Positions 52,601 to 64,000 of a DNA stretch of 64,000 bases are shown here, in pieces. Origin of the DNA: Schmidtea nova (taxonomy: Eukaryota); assembly GCA_044892505.1 (NCBI GenBank), contig CM097883.1:191642001-191706000 (forward strand). The letters are read 5' to 3'. The notes beneath the pieces are model-generated. The model made no database searches and had not been told where the DNA came from. It saw nothing but the letters and a program-made list of their open reading frames with translations. Every line of letters starts with the position of its first letter. Position 1 is the stretch's first letter. Both the position numbers and the translations under genes were made by a program.

Positions 52601-55600
52601 TGATCGAGTGAGGTAGTTTAATATTTATGAAGTGATATGGATTATAGTCGTTCCTATAAACCAATAATATTTTTCTTAACAACAGCCCATAGTCCCAACA
52701 TAAATTTGGGGACTCAGTCGAGATTAAAGTGATTTTATTAAGGAAAGCTAAACGATAATAACAGAGAGAATTAGAAATAGTTGATGGGGAGTGAGTAGAC
52801 AGTGAATAGCATTTTTTAATGTTAGTGAATAGTATCCAAATTGATAGTTGAATAAGTAGGCAGTAAATTATAGTAGAAAACGAATAATAAAAGCTATGTG
52901 GCGGTGAATAGCGCCAAATTCAGTAAAATAAGTCATATTACAATGAATAATACCTAAATTAATAGTAGAACAACCAGGCATTCAATTACGCCCAAAAAGG
53001 AATAGTAGGAAATAGATTGCAGCGAATAACATCAAAATTCGGTAAAACAAATTTTAGTACAATAAACAAGTAGGCAAAATATGTCATAGGACAGCGAATA
53101 ACATAAAAATAGAGAAAATGTGTTATATTACAGTGAATAACATAAAAATAGATAAGATTTGTTATAAAATAATGAATAACATCGATAGGTAAAATGTGTT
53201 GTAAGGCGATGAATAACACCAAAATAGGAAAAATATATTGAGTTACATTGAATAGCATCAAAATAGTTAAAATATGTTATAGGATAGTGAATGCCATCAG
53301 TTTATGAAAAATATGTTATAAAGCAATAACTAACATCAAAATAGGTGTAAGATGACGAGGGTAAATCCATCGACACATTCCTTCTCTCAGAAAATTATAT
53401 TGTGGGGTTCAACAAGTATAGAATCAATATTTACGCAGAATCCGTCTGCACAATCACCAATCAAGAACAATCAAACCCCAACAAACAACTTAAAACAACA
53501 ATCAGCGAATCAGTTACGTACAATTCTCATACCACACAATTTATCAAGTTAAATCTATTCAATTCAAATATCATCTTTATGACAATTGACATTATTTAAC
53601 ATTTGATATCCTTTTAATTGTGTATATCCTTTTAGACATTTCTCTATACTATATATTTTTATCCTTATGATATTCATGTATATATGGACTTATTTTATTG
53701 TATTTTGATATCTTTTTAATTGTTGCATCTCTGTATACTATATTTTTATAATATTTATGTATATATGGACTTAATTTATTTTATTTAATTGATATGGATT
53801 TATATTTGTATAAATTTATGGTTAGGGATTTATTCTAGATATAATTGTTATTTATTTTTTGGAAAATAATTATTAATTCAAGTCGAAATAAATTTATCGA
53901 TAAGGATTTATTTATTTAGTCGAAAAATAACGGATTGTGTTTGTGCGGCTTGCTTTGAATATTTAACAATTAATCAATAAAATAAATATTATTTTAAGAT
54001 AAAAAATTTTAGTATATAAAAGGATTAAAAAATCAAAAATCGCCCACAATTTTTTCTAGAATTTAGATTCTATTAAACTTAGCACACGCAAAATTCTCAA
54101 AGGGTAATCCTGATAGAAATTAACATAAAGAACAGCACAAAAAGATCCACCACATTTAAAAAAAATATATATCACAACAGGTAAAAATAACACCCACTCA
54201 ATAGGACACCTTTATAAAAAATTGTTTAAAAATTTAAAAGACTATTGATATTTAGTGTGATTGCAAATATTGTTCCGTAAAGCTATTGGTAATTTTTTAT
54301 TGTTAATAAAAATATAATTTCAAGATTTGACTTCTGATTTGATTATATATATAGTTAGACACCAGTGCACGCTGAAATCTAAAATCTTAGACCTCCACAT
54401 AGGTAAAATATGTTGTAGGGCAGTGAACAACATCAAAGTAAGTGTAATAAGCTGTATTGCAGTCAATAACATCAATAGTGTTAAGATAAGTAGTATTTCA
54501 GTAAATAACAATAATAACGTTAAATTAAGTTGTATTCCAGTGAAAAACTTCAATAACGAAGAAACAGGTTGTGGTTCAGTGAATAACACCAATAGCGTCA
54601 AAATATATTTTATCGAATAAAATCAATAGCGTTAGAAATAGCTATATTTCAGTGAATGCCATCAGCAGCGTTAAAATAAGTTGTGTTTCAGTGAATAACA
54701 TCAATAGCGTTAAGATAAACAGTATATCAGTAAATACCATCAAAAGTAAGAAAAACATTTTGTTGTGTTTCAACGAATAACATCAAAAGTGACGAAACAA
54801 ATTATACTGCATCAAAAGTAACGAGAACAAACATGTTTTCAGTGATTAACATCAAAAATTTTAAAAACCATTGTATTTCAGTCATTAACATCGAAATTTA
54901 AGATATATGTGATGCTTCAACGAATAACACCAAAATTGGAAATATGGGAAGTATTGCAGTAATTAACATCAAAAGTGAAAACATGCGTTAATCGACAATG
55001 AATATCACCAGAAAATAAAAAATACTCATCGTGTTACAATGAATAGCACCCATGAAAAATCAAAGCGAAAAGACAATAATTAATATCCAAAGCCATAGTG
55101 AAACGAAAGCACAACAAATAACATCAAATTTAATATTTGAAAGAGCGAACAAGGGAAAAATAAATATAGCGTATTTTTCAGAAACTGTCGAAATCAATGA
55201 ATGGAATGAATTTATTGCAAAGTATTGTGTATTCATCTGGTTTGAGTGATGTATACCATTAGTAGATAGTAAAGAGTGAGCGAAAAAGATGAATGCTTAC
55301 AATCAGATTTGAAGTTCACATAGAGAAATGTTTGAATAGAGAGAGGTGAGAAAGAAAGTATAATTGAATAAAACGAAATTGATACCCGCTAAAAAGTCGA
55401 AAGTAAAGGAATAGTAAAAACAACAAATGTAAATGGATAAAGCATTTGTCTGCGAAAGATATGAAAATTATAAGAAAGATAGTAATGAATCAAAAGGTAG
55501 CTAAAGGAGAATCCGAGTTAATAACAGAAAGGACAATGTGCAACAATCGAATCAAGTAAAAGTAAAAGTAAAAGCATTAGGAGCAGTAAATAACCGGAGA

Positions 55601-58600
55601 AAATACACAAACTTAAAACTTATAGAACGAGGACTACGTTACCAAACGAGAATAAATCAAGATAAAACACGAATTGCCAACAATAGATATGACGTCAACA
55701 AATTCAAAACAAACATAATGTTGAGGACAATATTTGAAGAACACAGCGGAAGGAACAGCACAAAACGCAATAAAAGAAAAAACAAACCGGAAGTTAGAAC
55801 TATCGAAAACAGATGACATGCCTACTTAAAAGTTAAGTTCAGAACAGCGTAGAACGTAATAAAAGAAAAAGTAAACCGGAAAAAATAAACTATCAAAATC
55901 TGATGACATACCTACTTAAAAGATAAATTCAGCGAGAAGAAAAGCTGGTTTAATAAAGTAAATCGGGGAATCGGGGAATCGGGGAAAACAAAGAACAGTT
56001 AACGTTATAAACAGAGACGAATAGTAAAATAAAGAATATGAACGAAACCAAAAGTAAAATCAAGTACAAAAATAATCAAAACGAACAAATTAAACTCAAA
56101 CAAATAGTTATAGGAATTGAATCAAGATATAACTGGGCAAAGACAAAATAAAGTAAAATGAGGGGTAACAACGATAATATCGACATAAGTAAATCACAGG
56201 ATACCCGAAAAAGACTGGCTCGTAGTGAAATAAAATTAAAAGATGGATAAATTAAAAATGGGAAAATTTGCAACCAAGTCATTCGAACAGAACAAATAAT
56301 TTGCAAATTTATTTTGTGGATGCTATATAGTCTGTTTAGTAGAAGTAAAACAAATTCTTGAGCTTCAACAAAGGTAGTACGATATAATAATTGGAAAATT
56401 ACCAATCATCCTCGACGAAGGATAAGAGGCTAGGTACCGTCGCATATGTTGGGAAATCCTTACGTGTGACTGCTCACCACACGATTCTGGAGTGGACTAG
56501 TGCGATTGTCTCTTATCTAGAGTCAAGAAGTGTGGGAAATTCCATAAAGAATATAAATTAAAAAAAGTGCGCAATGAGAATAGGTAATATACAAAGATAT
56601 ATCGTGAATAGTTAAATCATAACACCAAGTGAGAAAAGAATCAGTAAGTTTATTAAGAATAAAAATTTAACTAGTAAAACACTACAAGAATTTAGAACAT
56701 AGTAGAAACAGTACTTTCGGAACCAAGAAAGTAATGGAAATGAAACAAGTAAAATGAACTATGTAAACGAAACAAATAAAGAAAGTTAAGTAAAAGCTAG
56801 CTAGTAAAAATAACGATTAAGTAACAATAAAAGACTATAGCAAGAGAAGTGGGAATAACCAAAAATCAGAATAAAACGACGTCGTAGAAGTAAGAGTGAA
56901 TAAAAGTGCATAATAAGCTCTTGTTAATATAAAAGTAATAGGAATTAAACTCAACTGAAAATAGTAAATAGAGTTGCCAATAAGATAATACAATAAGATA
57001 ACCAATAATACAAACCACAGCGATACAAGAGGAAATATCAACTAACAAAGATAACAATCATAAACCAAGACATTGGACATATACAAACAATCGCAACAAC
57101 AGCAAAAACAACAGGATAGTACAAAAACAACCTATAAACCTCGAAAGTTTTGTCAGATATTGTGAATATTGCCAACGAATAGAACACTACCAAAACAATT
57201 GTTACAGACAAAGCGAATGTTGGGACTGCAACGGTAAGGGGCACATCGGAAATGTATAAGTTCCCGAAGAAATGCTACAAGTGTGGACAAGAAGGACATT
57301 TAAAGGGTAACTGACAAGAAGGAAGAAACATCGAAAACTCAAGAATGGGACTTTAATAATATAATAATTTAAGGAATTTATTGTATTAAAAGAATTTATA
57401 AGTATTTAAAATAATTGATTTATTTAATTTGTGTTTCCACGTATTTTTACTTGATGCGTTATAACTAACGAGAACATATAAAAATAGTAACTACAAGAGT
57501 TACTTACATATAGCCCACCGGAAAAAGTGCGGAGCATGTGGGAACCATTGTCTGAACGAACACACTTTTTATTTACATATTTATTTACAGGAGTGTACAG
57601 ATTTGCGACAATTCTGAGGAGATAGAGAAAAAGAAGAAGAAAAAGAAAAATAAGGTTTATTGTAGGTTTAAGATATTTTATGGTGCGTATCAACCGTGTA
57701 GGGGTATTTTTCGGTTGCCCGATTGTTCTTTCACGTACCCAATATGCGAAAAATGTCTTTTTGGATCTTGTATTTGATGAAGGTCTGTCTTGTTGGTTGT
57801 TTTTTTGGAATCGATTTTTTGTTTGATTGTTTGTTCTTTAAGTCTTGAGTTTCAATTGCTGTGTTTGGTTTGTATGTTTGTTCGGTGTTGTTTGATATTG
57901 TTGTATTTGACTCAAAATAATTGGTTTGATTTTGATTTCGGATATTGTTTTGGTGAATGTAGCCGTCATTTGGACATGTACTAAAATCTTGATTGTCCAT
58001 GAAATCGTGGTTTCTTTCTGTGACGTGTTCGACTTCATTTTCTTCATTTTCCGTAACGTGAAATCCAATTCTGAATGATTTTGGTTGCAACGTTTTCGGC
58101 TGTAATTGTTTTTAATGGGATTGCTTCAAACCAGCGTGTTTTTCTGTCAATCATAGCCAGTATGTGATTTTATCCGTTATCCATTGGTAATGGGTCTACT
58201 AGGCCCATGTATACAAAATAAAATCGATTTCCAGTTGAAATATTCATTATTGGTGGTTTAGTGATTTTGCTTATTTTGTTTTATTGACAAAACAAACATT
58301 GTGATACCCAATCTTTTATATCTTTACTCATGAAAGGCCATACAACCCATGAAGAACCTTGGTGGTGTAAGTCGTGGATTGCTGATAAAGCTAGTTTACG
58401 TGTTGGGACTGCGAGTATTTGTCTCATACAGCCTGGAATTGAAATGTCATAGTCGACGTCATCGAGATTGAGGTGCCCAGATGATAACACGGATATATCT
58501 TCTTCTGTTGGCACGTGTCTCTTGAGTTCGTCAACTGATCGAGTGAGGTAGTTTAATATTTATGAAGTGATATGGATTATAGTCGTTCCTATAAACCAAT

Positions 58601-61600
58601 AATATTTTTCTTAACAACAGCCCATAGTCCCAACATAAATTTGGGGACTCAGTCGAGATTAAAGTGATTTTATTAAGGAAAGCTAAACGATAATAACAGA
58701 GAGAATTAGAAATAGTTGATGGGGAGTGAGTAGACAGTGAATAGCATTTTTTAATGTTAGTGAATAGTATCCAAATTGATAGTTGAATAAGTAGGCAGTA
58801 AATTATAGTAGAAAACGAATAATAAAAGCTATGTGGCGGTGAATAGCGCCAAATTCAGTAAAATAAGTCATATTACAATGAATAATACCTAAATTAATAG
58901 TAGAACAACCAGGCATTCAATTACGCCCAAAAAGGAATAGTAGGAAATAGATTGCAGCGAATAACATCAAAATTCGGTAAAACAAATTTTAGTACAATAA
59001 ACAAGTAGGCAAAATATGTCATAGGACAGCGAATAACATAAAAATAGAGAAAATGTGTTATATTACAGTGAATAACATAAAAATAGATAAGATTTGTTAT
59101 AAAATAATGAATAACATCGATAGGTAAAATGTGTTGTAAGGCGATGAATAACACCAAAATAGGAAAAATATATTGAGTTACATTGAATAGCATCAAAATA
59201 GTTAAAATATGTTATAGGATAGTGAATGCCATCAGTTTATGAAAAATATGTTATAAAGCAATAACTAACATCAAAATAGGTGTAAGATGACGAGGGTAAA
59301 TCCATCGACACATTCCTTCTCTCAGAAAATTATATTGTGGGGTTCAACAAGTATAGAATCAATATTTACGCAGAATCCGTCTGCACAATCACCAATCAAG
59401 AACAATCAAACCCCAACAAACAACTTAAAACAACAATCAGCGAATCAGTTACGTACAATTCTCATACCACACAATTTATCAAGTTAAATCTATTCAATTC
59501 AAATATCATCTTTATGACAATTGACATTATTTAACATTTGATATCCTTTTAATTGTGTATATCCTTTTAGACATTTCTCTATACTATATATTTTTATCCT
59601 TATGATATTCATGTATATATGGACTTATTTTATTGTATTTTGATATCTTTTTAATTGTTGCATCTCTGTATACTATATTTTTATAATATTTATGTATATA
59701 TGGACTTAATTTATTTTATTTAATTGATATGGATTTATATTTGTATAAATTTATGGTTAGGGATTTATTCTAGATATAATTGTTATTTATTTTTTGGAAA
59801 ATAATTATTAATTCAAGTCGAAATAAATTTATCGATAAGGATTTATTTATTTAGTCGAAAAATAACGGATTGTGTTTGTGCGGCTTGCTTTGAATATTTA
59901 ACAATTAATCAATAAAATAAATATTATTTTAAGATAAAAAATTTTAGTATATAAAAGGATTAAAAAATCAAAAATCGCCCACAATTTTTTCTAGAATTTA
60001 GATTCTATTAAACTTAGCACACGCAAAATTCTCAAAGGGTAATCCTGATAGAAATTAACATAAAGAACAGCACAAAAAGATCCACCACATTTAAAAAAAA
60101 TATATATCACAACAGGTAAAAATAACACCCACTCAATAGGACACCTTTATAAAAAATTGTTTAAAAATTTAAAAGACTATTGATATTTAGTGTGATTGCA
60201 AATATTGTTCCGTAAAGCTATTGGTAATTTTTTATTGTTAATAAAAATATAATTTCAAGATTTGACTTCTGATTTGATTATATATATAGTTAGACACCAG
60301 TGCACGCTGAAATCTAAAATCTTAGACCTCCACATAGGTAAAATATGTTGTAGGGCAGTGAACAACATCAAAGTAAGTGTAATAAGCTGTATTGCAGTCA
60401 ATAACATCAATAGTGTTAAGATAAGTAGTATTTCAGTAAATAACAATAATAACGTTAAATTAAGTTGTATTCCAGTGAAAAACTTCAATAACGAAGAAAC
60501 AGGTTGTGGTTCAGTGAATAACACCAATAGCGTCAAAATATATTTTATCGAATAAAATCAATAGCGTTAGAAATAGCTATATTTCAGTGAATGCCATCAG
60601 CAGCGTTAAAATAAGTTGTGTTTCAGTGAATAACATCAATAGCGTTAAGATAAACAGTATATCAGTAAATACCATCAAAAGTAAGAAAAACATTTTGTTG
60701 TGTTTCAACGAATAACATCAAAAGTGACGAAACAAATTATACTGCATCAAAAGTAACGAGAACAAACATGTTTTCAGTGATTAACATCAAAAATTTTAAA
60801 AACCATTGTATTTCAGTCATTAACATCGAAATTTAAGATATATGTGATGCTTCAACGAATAACACCAAAATTGGAAATATGGGAAGTATTGCAGTAATTA
60901 ACATCAAAAGTGAAAACATGCGTTAATCGACAATGAATATCACCAGAAAATAAAAAATACTCATCGTGTTACAATGAATAGCACCCATGAAAAATCAAAG
61001 CGAAAAGACAATAATTAATATCCAAAGCCATAGTGAAACGAAAGCACAACAAATAACATCAAATTTAATATTTGAAAGAGCGAACAAGGGAAAAATAAAT
61101 ATAGCGTATTTTTCAGAAACTGTCGAAATCAATGAATGGAATGAATTTATTGCAAAGTATTGTGTATTCATCTGGTTTGAGTGATGTATACCATTAGTAG
61201 ATAGTAAAGAGTGAGCGAAAAAGATGAATGCTTACAATCAGATTTGAAGTTCACATAGAGAAATGTTTGAATAGAGAGAGGTGAGAAAGAAAGTATAATT
61301 GAATAAAACGAAATTGATACCCGCTAAAAAGTCGAAAGTAAAGGAATAGTAAAAACAACAAATGTAAATGGATAAAGCATTTGTCTGCGAAAGATATGAA
61401 AATTATAAGAAAGATAGTAATGAATCAAAAGGTAGCTAAAGGAGAATCCGAGTTAATAACAGAAAGGACAATGTGCAACAATCGAATCAAGTAAAAGTAA
61501 AAGTAAAAGCATTAGGAGCAGTATATAACCGGAGAAAATACACAAACTTAAAACTTATAGAACGAGGACTACGTTACCAAACGAGAATAAATCAAGATAA

Positions 61601-64000
61601 AACACGAATTGCCAACAATAGATATGACGTCAACAAATTCAAAACAAACATAATGTTGAGGACAATATTTGAAGAACACAGCGGAAGGAACAGCACAAAA
61701 CGCAATAAAAGAAAAAACAAACCGGAAGTTAGAACTATCGAAAACAGATGACATGCCTACTTAAAAGTTAAGTTCAGAACAGCGTAGAACGTAATAAAAG
61801 AAAAAGTAAACCGGAAAAAATAAACTATCAAAATCTGATGACATACCTACTTAAAAGATAAATTCAGCGAGAAGAAAAGCTGGTTTAATAAAGTAAATCG
61901 GGGAATCGGGGAATCGGGGAAAACAAAGAACAGTTAACGTTATAAACAGAGACGAATAGTAAAATAAAGAATATGAACGAAACCAAAAGTAAAATCAAGT
62001 ACAAAAATAATCAAAACGAACAAATTAAACTCAAACAAATAGTTATAGGAATTGAATCAAGATATAACTGGGCAAAGACAAAATAAAGTAAAATGAGGGG
62101 TAACAACGATAATATCGACATAAGTAAATCACAGGATACCCGAAAAAGACTGGCTCGTAGTGAAATAAAATTAAAAGATGGATAAATTAAAAATGGGAAA
62201 ATTTGCAACCAAGTCATTCGAACAGAACAAATAATTTGCAAATTTATTTTGTGGATGCTATATAGTCTGTTTAGTAGAAGTAAAACAAATTCTTGAGCTT
62301 CAACAAAGGTAGTACGATATAATAATTGGAAAATTACCAATCATCCTCGACGAAGGATAAGAGGCTAGGTACCGTCGCATATGTTGGGAAATCCTTACGT
62401 GTGACTGCTCACCACACGATTCTGGAGTGGACTAGTGCGATTGTCTCTTATCTAGAGTCAAGAAGTGTGGGAAATTCCATAAAGAATATAAATTAAAAAA
62501 AGTGCGCAATGAGAATAGGTAATATACAAAGATATATCGTGAATAGTTAAATCATAACACCAAGTGAGAAAAGAATCAGTAAGTTTATTAAGAATAAAAA
62601 TTTAACTAGTAAAACACTACAAGAATTTAGAACATAGTAGAAACAGTACTTTCGGAACCAAGAAAGTAATGGAAATGAAACAAGTAAAATGAACTATGTA
62701 AACGAAACAAATAAAGAAAGTTAAGTAAAAGCTAGCTAGTAAAAATAACGATTAAGTAACAATAAAAGACTATAGCAAGAGAAGTGGGAATAACCAAAAA
62801 TCAGAATAAAACGACGTCGTAGAAGTAAGAGTGAATAAAAGTGCATAATAAGCTCTTGTTAATATAAAAGTAATAGGAATTAAACTCAACTGAAAATAGT
62901 AAATAGAGTTGCCAATAAGATAATACAATAAGATAACCAATAATACAAACCACAGCGATACAAGAGGAAATATCAACTAACAAAGATAACAATCATAAAC
63001 CAAGACATTGGACATATACAAACAATCGCAACAACAGCAAAAACAACAGGATAGTACAAAAACAACCTATAAACCTCGAAAGTTTTGTCAGATATTGTGA
63101 ATATTGCCAACGAATAGAACACTACCAAAACAATTGTTACAGACAAAGCGAATGTTGGGACTGCAACGGTAAGGGGCACATCGGAAATGTATAAGTTCCC
63201 GAAGAAATGCTACAAGTGTGGACAAGAAGGACATTTAAAGGGTAAATGACAAGAAGGAAGAAACATCGAAAACTCAAGAATGGGACTTTAATAATATAAT
63301 AATTTAAGGAATTTATTGTATTAAAAGAATTTATAAGTATTAAATTGATTTATTTAATTTGTGTTTCCACGTATTTTTACTTGATGCGTTATAACTAACG
63401 AGAACATATAAAAATAGTAACTACAAGAGTTACTTACATATAGCCCACCGGAAAAAGTGCGGAGCATGTGGGAACCATTGTCTGAACGAACACACTTTTT
63501 ATTTACATATTTATTTACAGGAGTGTACAGATTTGCGACAATTCTGAGGAGATAGAGAAAAAGAAGAAGAAAAAGAAAAATAAGGTTTATTGTAGGTTTA
63601 AGATATTTTATGGTGCGTATCAACCGTGTAGGGGTATTTTTCGGTTGCCCGATTGTTCTTTCACGTACCCAATATGCGAAAAATGTCTTTTTGGATCTTG
63701 TATTTGATGAAGGTCTGTCTTGTTGGTTGTTTTTTTGGAATCGATTTTTTGTTTGATTGTTTGTTCTTTAAGTCTTGAGTTTCAATTGCTGTGTTTGGTT
63801 TGTATGTTTGTTCGGTGTTGTTTGATATTGTTGTATTTGACTCAAAATAATTGGTTTGATTTTGATTTCGGATATTGTTTTGGTGAATGTAGCCGTCATT
63901 TGGACATGTACTAAAATCTTGATTGTCCATGAAATCGTGGTTTCTTTCTGTGACGTGTTCGACTTCATTTTCTTCATTTTCCGTAACGTGAAATCCAATT

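Larger units (their letters stand above)
40735..64000. repeat. 5935-bp near-identical tandem array, about 3.9 copies, running off the window
   Basis: Units start at 40735, 46670, 52605, 58540; the ORF track repeats with exactly 5935-bp offset; only a handful of SNPs and one 5-bp deletion seen. Confidence 0.98.

Overview
AT-rich eukaryotic (metazoan-like) genomic DNA; the intron sizes and transposon mix would fit a flatworm such as a planarian, but that is inference only. One intact host gene is present: an 11-exon, ~592-aa PP2A regulatory subunit B' (B56 delta/gamma-like) on the minus strand (38418->24152), with large introns full of hAT, piggyBac and Tc1-type MITEs. A truncated, frameshifted NOP9-like pseudogene faces its 3' end. 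The rest is nested transposon material. It includes a degraded Ty3/Gypsy element (1.2-6.2 kb), several solo-LTR families and a gag-only LTR element split by a solo LTR. A ~7-kb fold-back structure (12.9-19.9 kb) carries a Maverick/Polinton-type protease remnant, satellites and a palindromic insertion holding two minimal hammerhead-ribozyme motifs. From 40735 to the window end there is a near-perfect 5935-bp tandem array (about 3.9 copies) built from LTR-retrotransposon debris, whose gag region begins with about 28 codon-phased 39-bp (13-aa) repeats. N runs look like masked simple repeats.
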